A stretch of DNA of 64,000 nt from an uncultured Actinomycetota bacterium (GCA_963822915.1 CAWGJR010000027.1:23657-87656); one strand, 5' to 3'; positions 39,819 to 50,255 are shown, counted from the stretch's first letter. Notes: generated by a model from the sequence alone, not told the origin. Made by a program: numbers and translations.

Positions 39819-40862
39819 ATGGACGAGGGCGGCGACCGGGAGGACGAGGCGGCCGCGGCCCTGCAGCCCGACCTCGCCGGCGCCTTCGACGTCGCCGAGG
39901 CGATGCTCCTCGGCGAGGAGCCGAGCCTGACCCGGGTCCAGGTCAGCGAGCAGGCCGGGGTCGACATCGAGGTGGCCACCGGCCTGTGGCACCTCATGGG
40001 CTTCGCCCACACCGACGACGACGAGGTCGCCTTCACCCCCGCCGACGTCGAGGCCCTCCGCAACGCCCAGGACCTCGTCGACCTCGGCATCCTCGGCCCC
40101 GAGCGCCAGGCGGCGCTCGTGCGCACCTGGGGCCGCAGCTTCGCCCGGCTCGCCGAGTGGCAGACCAGCCTGCTGACGTCGGTGGCCCTCGAGACCCCCG
40201 GCGGCACCGACGACCCGGCCGCGACCCTCACCGCCCTCACCGAGCAGGTGCTGCCCCGTGTCGAGGCGCTGCAGAGCTATGTCTGGCGCCGCCACCTCGT
40301 CAGCGCGGGCGGTCGGATGCTCGCCGTCGGCGACCCGGCCGCCCCGACCCACCCGACCGCGGTCGTCTTCGTCGACATCGTCGGCTACACCTCGCGCAGC
40401 AAGTCGCTCACCGACGGCGAGCTGGTGACGTGGATCGAGCAGTTCGAGAGCGCCACCACCGACCTGGTCACCGAGGTCGGCGGCCGGATCATCAAGAACA
40501 TCGGCGACGAGGTGCTCTTCGTCGTCGACGACCCCGAGGCCGCGGTGCGCGTCGCGCTCGCGATGGCCGCGCGCGGGAGCGACGAGGCCGACAGCTATCC
40601 CGAGGTCCGCGCCGGACTCGCCTACGGCGAGGTGGTGCTGCGCCTCGGCGACGTCTTCGGCCCGACGGTCAACATCGCCGCCCGCCTGACCTCGATCGCC
40701 CGGCCCGGGACGGTGCTGATCGACCGGGGCGCCCACGAGGCGCTGACCGGACCGCCGAGTCGGCCGCGGACGACGTCGCCGTACGGCTTCCGGCGGCTGC
40801 GGCACGTGTCGGTCAAGGGGTACTCGCGCCTGGCGGCGTGGGCGGTGCGGGAGCGCGGCTGA
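39819..40862 (+). CDS. Class III adenylate/guanylate cyclase with N-terminal regulatory domain
   Basis: FVDIVGYT, IKNIGDEVLF, GDVFGPTVNIAARL, VKG. Confidence 0.92.
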   Translation: MDEGGDREDEAAAALQPDLAGAFDVAEAMLLGEEPSLTRVQVSEQAGVDIEVATGLWHLMGFAHTDDDEVAFTPADVEALRNAQDLVDLGILGPERQAALVRTWGRSFARLAEWQTSLLTSVALETPGGTDDPAATLTALTEQVLPRVEALQSYVWRRHLVSAGGRMLAVGDPAAPTHPTAVVFVDIVGYTSRSKSLTDGELVTWIEQFESATTDLVTEVGGRIIKNIGDEVLFVVDDPEAAVRVALAMAARGSDEADSYPEVRAGLAYGEVVLRLGDVFGPTVNIAARLTSIARPGTVLIDRGAHEALTGPPSRPRTTSPYGFRRLRHVSVKGYSRLAAWAVRERG

Positions 40863-40905
40863 TCCGGCCGGCGGGTCTGGTGACGGGCCAGCGTGGTGTC
40901 CTGAT

Positions 40906-40969
40906 TCCACAATTGTGGAGTTGTGGCAGGTCGAGGGCCCCGAAACATGTCCAAACGGCACAATTGTGC
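40906..40969. repeat. Lower-GC element bounded by two CACAATTGTG palindromes
   Basis: TCCACAATTGTGGA at 40906..40919 and GCACAATTGTGC at 40958..40969, between convergent genes. Confidence 0.7.
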
Positions 40970-41018
40970 GATGTAGACAGGTCGGCGGCACCGTACCCGC
41001 AGGCGGGTCAGCCCCAGG

Positions 41019-41969
41019 TCAGCGGATGGTGACCTGACGGTTCGCCAGGCCCGAGCGGGCCGAGCGCTGGGCGGTGGTGAGGTCGGAGGTGTCGGCCAGG
41101 GCCTGGTCGAGGGCGGTCTTGAAGGCGGCGGCGGGCTCCTCGAGCACCTCGGCGCCGGTGCCGACGGGAGGTCCCAGACCGGCACGAGCAGGCCGTGGGC
41201 GCGGAACATCCCGACCAGGCGCGCGTCGGGCACGATCACGTCGGCGCCGTCGACGTGCAGGCGGGCGAGGGCGTCGAGCAGGTCGGCCTCGGGCTCGGGC
41301 ATGACCCAGCGCAGGTGCTCCTTGGGGCCGACGTTGGTCCAGTACGCCGCCTCGACCGAGCGTCAGTCGCGCGGTCGGGGAGGCGGCCTCGTTGGCCTGG
41401 GCGAGGGCGTCCTCGAGGCCGTCGGTGACGAGCAGGTCGCTGGTCCAGAACTCGAAGCCCTCGTGGACGGTCACGTCGAGGCTGGTGTTGGACACCAGGT
41501 CCTGCAGGCGCGGACCCTCGCCGGGCGCGGACGTCAGTCCGACGATGTCGGGCTCGGCGTCGAGCGCGAGCTGGAGGACGGCGCCGAGGTCGCGCGACGG
41601 GTCGCCGAACCCGTGCTGCACCTGGAGCCCCAGCCACACCTCGCCGCTCTCGCGCGACATCGCGGGCGCTGCCATCGGCAGCAGCGTGCAGAGCCGTACG
41701 ACGCGGTCCTCGGCGCCGATGACCGTCAGCGGGGCGGTCGCGGCCGGGACGAGCTCGCGCAGGGCGATCAGGTCGCACTCGCCGGCCAGGCCCTCGAAGG
41801 GACGCGCGACGAAGACGTCGGCGGCGCCGCCGGCCGAGCCGTGGCAGGCCTTGTAGCGCTTGCCCGAGCCGCACGGGCAGGGCTGGCGCGGGCCGACCGC
41901 ACCGGCCGCCCCGTCGGTCGCGGGGGCGGAGGTGGCCGGACGGTTCTTGGTGCGTGAGCTCTTTCCCAT
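41019..41969 (-). CDS. SEC-C motif protein (DUF5926-like), frameshifted
   Basis: PCPCGSGKRYKACHG, RPFEGLAGECD, FRAHGLLVPVWDL, LANRQVTIR. Confidence 0.85.
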   Translation of the reverse strand: MGKSSRTKNRPATSAPATDGAAGAVGPRQPCPCGSGKRYKACHGSAGGAADVFVARPFEGLAGECDLIALRELVPAATAPLTVIGAEDRVVRLCTLLPMAAPAMSRESGEVWLGLQVQHGFGDPSRDLGAVLQLALDAEPDIVGLTSAPGEGPRLQDLVSNTSLDVTVHEGFEFWTSDLLVTDGLEDALAQANEAASPTARLTLGRGGVLDQRRPQGAPALGHARARGRPARRPRPPARRRRRRDRARRAPGRDVPRPRPARAGLGPPVGTGAEVLEEPAAAFKTALDQALADTSDLTTAQRSARSGLANRQVTIR

Positions 41970-41978
41970 CCCGCGAAC

Positions 41979-42782
41979 CTACCGGCCGAGCGCCTCCAGG
42001 ACGTAGGCCGGGCGGTCGGTGATGACGGCCTTGACCCCCAGCTCCTGGCACAGGCGCAGGTCGCTGGCGGTGTTGACGGTCCACACGTGCATCTCGTGCC
42101 CGGCGCGGGAGATGCGCGTGCCGAGGCGCGGGTGCTCGCGCAACAGGTCGATCCCGGGGCCCATGATCCAGTCGTCACCGATGATGCGGCGCAGCATCGG
42201 CCAGTACTGCGGCTTGTCGACCAGCTGCACCAGCCGGACCTCCGGGGCCATCCGCTCGACCCGCTGGAGGGCGGTGAACGAGAAGCTCATCACCCGCACC
42301 GGCGACCCGGCGACGTCCCACCCGAAGTCGCGCAGCATCTCCACCAGCCGCTTCTCGACCAGCCCGCCGAACCGCGTGGGGTGCTTGGTCTCGATCGCCA
42401 CCTCGACGCGCCGGTCGTAGTCGGCGGTGGTCTCGAGCAGCTTGCGCAGCGTCAGCACGCGGTCGAGGGACTCGTCGCGCTCGGGCGCCTCGTCGTCGAG
42501 GTCGGACCAGGGGTTCTTCCAGGAGGCGAAGTCGAGCTCGTTGAGCTCGGCGAGGTCGGAGGTCGAGACCAGGCCGTTGGTGCTCGCCACCCGGCGCAGG
42601 GTGCGGTCGTGCACGCACACCAGGTGCCCGTCGGCGGTCAGGCGTACGTCGCACTCCAGGCCGTCGGCGCCCGCCTCCAGCGCCGCGACGTAGGCGCCGA
42701 GGGTGTGCTCGGCGACCTCGTGGCTGGCGCCGCGGTGCGCGACGACCTGGGGTGAGGGAAGGTCACCGGTCGGGGCTGCCAT
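41979..42782 (-). CDS. Glycerophosphodiester phosphodiesterase
   Basis: AHRGAS..EHT, ECDVRLTADG..HD, IETKHP, VWTVN, ITDRP. Confidence 0.93.
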   Translation of the reverse strand: MAAPTGDLPSPQVVAHRGASHEVAEHTLGAYVAALEAGADGLECDVRLTADGHLVCVHDRTLRRVASTNGLVSTSDLAELNELDFASWKNPWSDLDDEAPERDESLDRVLTLRKLLETTADYDRRVEVAIETKHPTRFGGLVEKRLVEMLRDFGWDVAGSPVRVMSFSFTALQRVERMAPEVRLVQLVDKPQYWPMLRRIIGDDWIMGPGIDLLREHPRLGTRISRAGHEMHVWTVNTASDLRLCQELGVKAVITDRPAYVLEALGR

Positions 42783-42864
42783 GGCGTCATGCTCTCAGGA
42801 CTTGGCGCGTCCGCGAAGGGCATCGGTCACACCGCTCGTCGCGTCGTCGACGACCTCGCTGGTG

Positions 42865-43128
42865 TCACGCCGTGCGGTCGACGGGGTCCTCGCGCCGCGA
42901 CCGGTGGTCGCGGAAGGAGATGTCGAGACCCTCGCGCAGCAGGGCGATCAGGTCGGGCACCTCGTCGATGTCGAGCCGGAACGACGCCGCGCACACGTTG
43001 TCGCGCCACAGCGAGAGGACCACGACGTCCGCCTCCTGGTGCCAGGAGACGTTGAGCGCGCGGCCCTGACCGCGGGAGTCGAGGAACAGGGCTCCCAGCT
43101 CGGCCGGCACGCGTCGCGTCGTCATCAC
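42865..43128 (-). CDS. Small hypothetical protein
   Basis: FLDSRGQGRALNVSWHQEADVVVLSLWRDNVCAASFRL; GC3 bias. Confidence 0.7.
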   Translation of the reverse strand: MMTTRRVPAELGALFLDSRGQGRALNVSWHQEADVVVLSLWRDNVCAASFRLDIDEVPDLIALLREGLDISFRDHRSRREDPVDRTA

Positions 43129-43187
43129 CCCATCATGCGCCGACTCCGCGCGCTTGTCAGCGGTCTGCTCCGGATTAGACTGCCCGG

Positions 43188-44055
43188 GTGCCCGAGCTCC
43201 CCGAGGTGGAAGCGCTGGCCCTCGACCTCAAGGGCCGGCTCGACGGCCGCGCGATCACCACGGTCCACGTGGCCGCGTTCAGCGCCCTGAAGACCTACGA
43301 CCCGCCACTGTCGGCCCTGAGCGGCACCCTGGTCGACGACGTGACGCGCCACGGCAAGTTCCTCGACATCGAGACCTCCGGGCTCCACGTGATCCTCCAC
43401 CTCGCCCGCGCCGGCTGGGTGCGCTGGCGCGACGAGGTGCCGAAGCTGCCGCCCAAGCCCAGCAACAAGAACCCGCTCGCCGTGCGCATCGTGCTCGACG
43501 ACGACTCCGGCCTCGACGTCACCGAGGCCGGCACCAAGAAGAGCCTCGCGATGTACGTCGTGCGCAGCCCCGCCGACGTGCCCGGCATCGTCTCCCTCGG
43601 TCCCGACCCGCTCTCCGAGGACTTCACGATCGACGCGCTGGCCGCGATCCTCGCGCGTCAGGGCGGCAAGCAGATCAAGGGCGTGCTGCGCCACCAGGGC
43701 ACCATCGCCGGCATCGGCAACGCCTACTCCGACGAGATCCTGCACGCCGCGCGGATGTCGCCGTTCAAGCCGACCTCGAGCCTGGAGCAGGCCGACCTCG
43801 AGACGCTGTACGCCGCGATCCGCGACACCCTCGGCGCCGCGGTCGACCGCTCGCGCGGCCTGGCGGCCAGCGAGCTCAAGGGCGAGAAGAAGTCGAACCT
43901 CGCCGTCCACGCCCAGACCGGCAAGCCGTGCCCGGTCTGCGGTGACATCGTGCGGGAGGTGTCGTTCGCCGACTCCAGCCTGCAGTACTGCGCCGACCTG
44001 CCAGACCGGTGGCAAGCCGCTGGCGGACCGGCGGATGAGCAAGCTGCTGAAGTAG
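43188..44055 (+). CDS. Fpg/Nei DNA glycosylase, frameshift near 43990
   Basis: PELPEV, RHGKFL, GIGNAYSDEIL, zinc finger CPVC..C-TC, ends LADRRMSKLLK*. Confidence 0.93.
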
Positions 44056-44081
44056 CTCCACCCATCTGCTGTGATGGAGCC

Positions 44082-44414
44082 ATGAGCATCCCCACCGTCT
44101 CGATGTCCGGAGTGCCCGACCCGCTGCCCGACGGCCTGGTCGTGCTCGACGTGCGCGAGCAGGTCGAGTGGGACGCCGGGCACATCGAGGGCGCGGTGCA
44201 CGTGCCGCTGATGGACCTGCCCGACCGCGTCGGCGAGCTGTCGCACGAGCAGACGCTGGTGGTGTGCAAGGTCGGCGGGCGCTCGGCGCAGGCCACCGGC
44301 TGGCTGGCCCAGCAGGGCTACGACGTCGTCAACCTCGACGGCGGCATGCTCGAGTGGGAGGCCGCCGGGCGCCCGATGGTCAGCGAGAACGGTCAGCCGC
44401 CGCAGGTCGTCTGA
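44082..44414 (+). CDS. Rhodanese-domain protein
   Basis: LDVREQVEWDAGHIEGA, CKVGGRS, NLDGGM. Confidence 0.92.
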   Translation: MSIPTVSMSGVPDPLPDGLVVLDVREQVEWDAGHIEGAVHVPLMDLPDRVGELSHEQTLVVCKVGGRSAQATGWLAQQGYDVVNLDGGMLEWEAAGRPMVSENGQPPQVV

Positions 44415-44431
44415 GGGCTGCGGCCTGCAAA

Positions 44432-44473
44432 CGACGAGGCGGCCCCTCCCGATCACCGGGAGGGGCCACGTCG
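44432..44473. terminator. Bidirectional hairpin between convergent genes
   Basis: GGCCCCTCCCG..CGGGAGGGGCC stem. Confidence 0.75.
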
Positions 44474-44487
44474 TCGGTTCTGGTGCG

Positions 44488-45033
44488 TCAGCTCGGCAGG
44501 TCGCTCGGCTCGAGGTCGGGCAGCTCGCTCTCGAGGTCGCCGAACGGGTCCTCGGACCCACCGTCGCCGGTGCCGCCGAGGTCGTCACCGAGCTCGTCGG
44601 AGAGGCCGCCGATGCAGGACTGGACGGCAGCGGTCGTGAACGCCTCGACCTTGGCGGCGTCGTCCTCGTCGAAGATGTCGCTCGCGTCCTCGCTGTCGGC
44701 GAAGTCCTCGATGTCGCCCTCGTCGAGGTCGTCGATGGCCTCGACGAAGAGCTCGAAGCCCTCCCGGGCCTCGTCGCTGAAGTCGGCCGGCGTGCCGACC
44801 TCGGTCAGGCTGTCGGCGAGGTCCTGGGCGGCCTCGAGCTGCTTGCCGGAGTCGTCGCTGTTGCCCAGGTCGTCGCTCTGGTCGAGGAAGATCGCGCAGA
44901 AGTCCTCGCTCGACGCGTCGTCGGGAGCACCCGAGGCGTCGCTGCCACCGCCACAGGCGGTGAGGGAGAGGGCGAGGAGCAGCGGTGCGGAGACGGCCGC
45001 GACGCGGCGCCGCAGGGGCTTGATGGTCGTCAT
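44488..45033 (-). CDS. Acidic lipoprotein
   Basis: Lipobox LTAC; [28 protein letters not shown]; second Cys near the C-terminus. Confidence 0.8.
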   Translation of the reverse strand: MTTIKPLRRRVAAVSAPLLLALSLTACGGGSDASGAPDDASSEDFCAIFLDQSDDLGNSDDSGKQLEAAQDLADSLTEVGTPADFSDEAREGFELFVEAIDDLDEGDIEDFADSEDASDIFDEDDAAKVEAFTTAAVQSCIGGLSDELGDDLGGTGDGGSEDPFGDLESELPDLEPSDLPS

Positions 45034-45127
45034 GGGGGTTCCTTTCGGCGAGCACGCGGGGAGTCGCGTGCAGGAGGCCGCCGCTTGCGGTGCGTCGGCC
45101 GAGAGGACTGTTCCCCCGCGGGGCGGC

Positions 45128-45862
45128 TCAATCCTCGCGGAGGAAAACGGTCGGCATCGGTACGGCGAGCAGGTCGCCGAGGCGTGCCAGGTAGTCCTCC
45201 CGCGGCGAGCTCGCTGACGCCGAGCGACTCCAGGTGCGGCGTCTGCCACTGCACGTCGACCAGCCGCTCGCCGGCGTGCTCGTCGCGCAGCGCCTCGACG
45301 AGCCCGACCAGGGCCACCTTGGAGGCGTCGCGGGCGCGGTGGAACATCGACTCCCCGGCGAACAGCCCGCCCGATCGCGAGACCGTAGAGCCCGCCCTCG
45401 AGCCGGTCGTCGCGCCACGCCTCGACCGAGTGCGCCCAACCGAGTGCGTGCAGGCGCACGTAGGCCTCGCGCACCCGCCGGTCGATCCACCCGTGCGGGC
45501 GCCGCGGGTCGGCGCAGGCGTCGATGACCTCGGCGAAGGCGGTGTCGATGCGGATCTCGAACTGCCGCATCGAGCGGCGCAGCGAGCGCGAGACCACCAG
45601 GTCGTCGAGCTCGAGCACCCCGCGGTCGCACCGGCGACCACCACCCCATCGGCTCCTTGGCGCTGCGCCCCGAGCCGAACGGCATCGGGAACAGCCCACG
45701 TCGGTAGCCGCCCAGGATCGTGCCCGGCTCGAGGTCGGCGCCGATCGCGACGAGGTCCTCCTCCGCGTCGGCCTCGTCGATGTCGCCGAAGACCCACCGC
45801 GTTGCGGGCGGCTCGACCGGCCACGGTGCCCTGGGGGTGGTCGCGTCAGCCGGCCGGTCCAT
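45128..45862 (-). CDS. aat: Leucyl/phenylalanyl-tRNA--protein transferase, frameshifted
   Basis: [64 protein letters not shown]. Confidence 0.92.
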   Translation of the reverse strand: MDRPADATTPRAPWPVEPPATRWVFGDIDEADAEEDLVAIGADLEPGTILGGYRRGLFPMPFGSGRSAKEPMGWWSPVRPRGARARRPGGLALAAPLDAAVRDPHRHRLRRGHRRLRRPAAPARVDRPAGARGLRAPARTRLGALGRGVARRPARGRALRSRDRAGCSPGSRCSTAPATPPRWPWSGSSRRCATSTPASGWSTCSGRRRTWSRSASASSPREDYLARLGDLLAVPMPTVFLRED

Positions 45863-45915
45863 GCGGGTGACGTTAGGGCACGGCCCCGGACCCCCCGCCC
45901 CGTAGGATCGACGTC

Positions 45916-46609
45916 ATGGGAGTCACCCGCAGCATCGGCCGCCAGCTGGCGCCACGCGTCGTCCCCCGCGTCACCCAGCTCGCCCCCGGGCTCAGCGCCT
46001 CCTTCGTGCGCGAGGCGCTGCACCGCGCGATCGACGGCGCGGGGCCGTTCGCGCCCGCGGCGAAGGCTGGCCGACAAGCTGCTGCGCAGCCACGACGGCG
46101 ACGTCGAGGCCGCCGTGAGCGCCGTCGTCGACCACCACATCCGCTACGCCGGCGTGCAGGGCTTCGCCACGAACCTCGGCGGGCTGGTCACGATGACCGT
46201 CGCCGTCCCCGCCAACATCACCGGCCTGGCGGTGCTGCAGAACCGGATGGTCGCCGGCGTGGCGCACCTGCGCGGCTACGACCTGACCGACCCGCGCGTG
46301 CACAACGCGATCCTGGTGACCACGATCGGCGAGGACGACGTCAACGCGCTGGTCAGCAAGGGCACCATCCCGGCGCCGCCGATGGCCCTGGCCACCGCCC
46401 CGGTGCACGACCCGTCGATCGACGCCGTCGTGTCGGCCGAGGTGGCCAACGACCTGGTCACCCGCGTCGCCGGCAAGCGCCTGGCGACCACGATGGGCCG
46501 GCGGGTCCCCGGCATCGGCGGGCTCGTGGGCATGGGCACCGACGGGTGGGCGACCTACAAGATCGGCCACTACGCCGAGGGCGAGCTCCTCCCGCGCAGG
46601 GCGCGATAG
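45916..46609 (+). CDS. EcsC-family protein, frameshifted
   Basis: QGFATNLGGL..PANITG..LRGYDL..RRVPGIGGLVG. Confidence 0.8.
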
Positions 46610-47854
46610 CCCCGGTGCAGCAGCCGTCCCGGACCCGAGGTGTCCAGGAGGTGCACGATCTTCTCGCGCAGGCGGTACGACGGACGCAGGTAGGACAGCT
46701 CCAGGGCGTGGCGCGCCTCGGCGAGCTCCTCGTGGAGACGGTGCTCCTCGCCGCGCAGGCGGGCGGCCTCCAGGGCGAGCGCCGCGATGGCGTCGACCGC
46801 GGCGTCGGCGACCTCCTGGGCGCGGGGTGCGTCGGGGTCCGCCCACGGGACGACGCCGCCGGGGTCGACGACCCGTCGGTCGCCGCCTCGCCACGTGGCG
46901 GGGCCGGGCGCGCCGAGCAGCTCGGTGACGTCGCCGATCACGTCGTACCCCTGCTCGCTCGATCGCGTCGACCCACGTCTGCTCGAGGTCGACGAACCAC
47001 GAGTGCAGGTCGGGTGGGAGGCCCAGGCGCGGTGAGTCCCGGCGCTGCGACAGCGTCTGGTGGGCGAGCAGCTCGCGGATGAGGGGGCGGTAGTCGGGCG
47101 GGGCGAGGCGCGAGTTGGCGCTGCGGTTGATCCGGCGGATCAGCGCCGTCTCCGGGACCCCGAGCGAGGGGTTGGCGCGGGTGGCGGTGAGGTCGAGGTC
47201 GAGGCCGTCGAGGTGCAGCGCCTGGCTGAAACGCTTCCACAGCACGTCCGGCGCCGTGCCCGACGGCGGAACGGTGACCACGTGGACGCGCTCGGGCGGC
47301 AGGTCGTGCGCCCACCGGTCGAGGATGTCCGGGATCTCCTGCACCCCCCAGAACCAGCTCGACACCCGCGAGCGCCGCTCGGGGTCGCGGATCTGGTCGA
47401 GGAACTGCGCGTAGGACAGGGTGCTGCGGTGCTTGACGTTCTCCTGCCACTCCGCGGGCACCTGGCGCACGAGGTCGCGCACCGACAGCACCACGTGGAC
47501 CTCGGTCTCCTGCTCGCCGGGCGCGGCGTCCCAGCGGTGACCGAGCGAGGCGAGGGCGCGTCCGGCCTGGGTGCGGGTGGCGCGGGCGAGGATCTCGTGG
47601 CTGATGATCGCGGTGCCCTCGTGGGCGCGCACCTGGTCGGCCAGCCGGTCCCAGGCGCCGATCGCGTCGGTCTCGAGGCCACCCCACGGCAGGCTCATGA
47701 GGTCCAGCGCGGCCAGGAAGTGCTCGTCGAAGCGCTCGGCCGGGTAGAGGATGCCGGACTCGGTGAGGACCTCGCGGTTGCGGAACAGCACGTCCTGCAC
47801 GTAGGACGTGCCGGTCTTGGGGGTGCCGACGTGGAGCAGGACCCGACGAGTCAT
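46570..47854 (-). CDS. Sulfotransferase-like P-loop protein, frameshift near 46955
   Basis: LHVGTPKTGTSYVQ, ISHEIL, RDLVRQVPAEWQE, ANPSLG, DVIGD. Confidence 0.8.
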
Positions 47855-49167
47855 CTGCGGTTCTCCTTCTCCTGCGTGCGGGTGGCCGACGGCGACCCCA
47901 GCAGCAGTCGGATCGCCAGCGCGAGCACACCGGCGTCGACCGGTCCGGCGCCGGAGGCGTCGCGATCACCCGCGGACGGGACCAGCCCCTGCAGGTCGCC
48001 GACCACAGGGTAGCCAGCGGCGAGCAGGTCGTCGCGCATCCGCTCGGCGCGCTCCACGAGCCACGGCAGGTGTGCGGCGGGCACGGCGAGCCCGGGGGCG
48101 CCGCTGCTGACGTCGTCGGCCAGCACCATCGGGAGCAGGACCTGGCGCAGGAGTCGTCGTCGCTCGGGCGGGGCCACCAGCAACCCCAGGGCCGGGGCCA
48201 CGCCGCGCGCGAGGTCGACGGCGTCGGCCGACGGGCGCACCGGGGTCGTGCGCGCCAGGGCTCGCGCGGACAGGCCCAGGGCGCGGGGCACCAGGGCCGG
48301 GTCGGGTACGACGACCACGTGGGCGGCGCCGACCTCGTCGACCCACCGCCGGGTCACCGCCGCGAGGTCGGCGCGGCGGGGGAGCGCGCCGCCCGACACG
48401 CCTGCCACGAAACGGTCCCAGGGAGCGACCCCGGCGTCGAAGGCGCGGGCGGTGTAGGCGTCGACGAGCATCGTCGCGACGTCGGCGCCGACCACCACGG
48501 TGGTGCTCCTCGGGCCACCCAGGGGGCGGCCGCGGCGCAGCATCTCCTCGCGAGCGGCGGCCACCAGCCAGGGGTCACCGACCAGGCGGTGTCCGCGGCG
48601 TCGGCTCCGGAGCCGGCGCCGGGCCCCGCGCGGGAACCGCTGCGCGAGCGCCAGAGGTGATCGGCGCCCGGCGGCGAGCAGGTCGGCGGCGAGGACGTCC
48701 TCGGCGACCAGGGCGGCGGCGATGCGCAGCAGGTCGGCGTCGGGCAGGGACTCGGGGTCGACCGGGCGCGGTCCCCAGGCCGGCTGCTCGCGCGCGCCGA
48801 CGAGGTCGAGGTCGGTGGTGCCGCGGCCGGTGGCGCTCGCGGCGAGGATCCGCTCGGTCAGGACCCGCTCGCCGGCCGTGGTCGCGCCGGCCGCGCCGAC
48901 GGAGCGGCCCGCACCGGTGGAGCGGGCGAGGTTGACCCGGCGCAGGAGCTCGAGCTGCTGGGCGCCCGGCAGGTCGCGGGCGGTGGGCACGCCGGTGGTC
49001 GGGCCGGGTCGGGCCGTGGTCGGGCCCGCCGTCGGACCGGCCGACCCGGCGGTCGCGTCCGGCCAGCGCGACCACGGCGTCGTACCGCCCTCGCGCAGGG
49101 AGGCGACCCAGCCCCACGCGCGGGCGGCGCCGCCCGCACGAGCAGGGTCGGCGAGGCGGGCGGACAT
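47851..49167 (-). CDS. Hypothetical protein with degenerate sulfotransferase-like C-terminus
   Basis: RWVDEVGAAHVVVV and GYPVVGDLQGL echo the neighbours' C-termini; no KTG motif. Confidence 0.65.
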   Translation of the reverse strand: MSARLADPARAGGAARAWGWVASLREGGTTPWSRWPDATAGSAGPTAGPTTARPGPTTGVPTARDLPGAQQLELLRRVNLARSTGAGRSVGAAGATTAGERVLTERILAASATGRGTTDLDLVGAREQPAWGPRPVDPESLPDADLLRIAAALVAEDVLAADLLAAGRRSPLALAQRFPRGARRRLRSRRRGHRLVGDPWLVAAAREEMLRRGRPLGGPRSTTVVVGADVATMLVDAYTARAFDAGVAPWDRFVAGVSGGALPRRADLAAVTRRWVDEVGAAHVVVVPDPALVPRALGLSARALARTTPVRPSADAVDLARGVAPALGLLVAPPERRRLLRQVLLPMVLADDVSSGAPGLAVPAAHLPWLVERAERMRDDLLAAGYPVVGDLQGLVPSAGDRDASGAGPVDAGVLALAIRLLLGSPSATRTQEKENRR

Positions 49168-50255
49168 CAGTCGTCCCGCAGGCCGCGCACCCGGTTGCGG
49201 ACCTTGGCGGACAGGGTGTCGGTGGGGTCGTCGCGGCGACTCGCCTCGACGGTCATCGCCGCGAGCGCCTCGATGGCGGCCTTGAGCTGCGGCTTGGCGC
49301 CGACGTTGTCGGGGTTGACCCAGGAGGCGTCGGGGTCGCGCGGCAGCGGTCGGAGGTCGTCGAGGTCACCGGCCACGTGGATGCCAGAACCGGAGATCCA
49401 GTCGATCCACTCCTCGGCCTGCGCCTGGGCCCACGCGTCGACGTCGGGCGGGAGCAGGAGCGGCTTGGAGCTGCGCTTGACGAGCGTCTCCTCGGCGAGC
49501 AGGCGGCGTACGAGCCCGTCGTAGCGGCCGTCCTGGCGCGGCGCACGCTCCATCGCCTCGTTGAGGCGGCGCAGCATCGCGGTCTCCGGGACGCCGAGGG
49601 AGGCGTTGCGGGCGTCGGAGTCGCGCGGGACCCACGCGGCGTCGATGCCGAAGACGTCGCAGTAGCGCTGCCACAGCTGGGGACCGCGCGTCTGCGGCAC
49701 GGTCACGACGTGGACCTGCTCGGGGGCCAGCCCCTCGCTCCACGCGGTGAGCACCTCGGGCAGGTCGAAGGCGCGGGAGAACCAGGTGCGCTTCTTGACG
49801 ATGCGCTTGGTGAACTGGCCGTAGCCCCACGTGCGGCCCTGCTTGACGCTCTCCTGCCACGCGGCCGGGATCTGGCGCGCCAGGTCGCGGGCGGAGTAGA
49901 CGACGTGCAGCTCCGCCCCGGCGCGCGCCAGGGAGGCCTTCGCGCGAGCGATCTTGGTGGTGGCGGCCGGCGCGAGGATCTCGTGGCTGACGACGATGTT
50001 GCCCTCCAGGCGCCGGACCCGGCGCATCAGCGCGTCCCAGTTGCCGTCGGCGTGCCCGGCGTCGCCGCCCCAGTCCTGGCCGAGCAGGTCGAGTGCGGCG
50101 CGGAAGTGGAACAGCGGCGCGTCGACCGCGAGGTTGCGGCTCGGGAAGTGGACGTCGTGGGCGGCGAGGGTGCGGGCGTTGAGGCGCAGCCGGTCCTGGA
50201 GGTAGGTCGTGCCGGTCTTGGGTGCGCCGATGTGGAGGTACACGCGGCGGGTCAC
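49167..50255 (-). CDS. Sulfotransferase-like P-loop protein
   Basis: LHIGAPKTGTTYLQ, VSHEIL, RDLARQIPAAWQE, NASLG, GDLDDLRP. Confidence 0.82.
   Translation of the reverse strand: MTRRVYLHIGAPKTGTTYLQDRLRLNARTLAAHDVHFPSRNLAVDAPLFHFRAALDLLGQDWGGDAGHADGNWDALMRRVRRLEGNIVVSHEILAPAATTKIARAKASLARAGAELHVVYSARDLARQIPAAWQESVKQGRTWGYGQFTKRIVKKRTWFSRAFDLPEVLTAWSEGLAPEQVHVVTVPQTRGPQLWQRYCDVFGIDAAWVPRDSDARNASLGVPETAMLRRLNEAMERAPRQDGRYDGLVRRLLAEETLVKRSSKPLLLPPDVDAWAQAQAEEWIDWISGSGIHVAGDLDDLRPLPRDPDASWVNPDNVGAKPQLKAAIEALAAMTVEASRRDDPTDTLSAKVRNRVRGLRDD

Noticed and set aside
40900-40925. DnaA box or parS site
   Set aside because: Only a partial match to TT(A/G)TCCACA and no match to parS.
43188-44414. Apparent Fpg-rhodanese fusion (408-aa ORF)
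   Set aside because: An extra base near 43990 breaks the zinc finger. The corrected frame ends LADRRMSKLLK* at 44055, and rhodanese has its own ATG at 44082.
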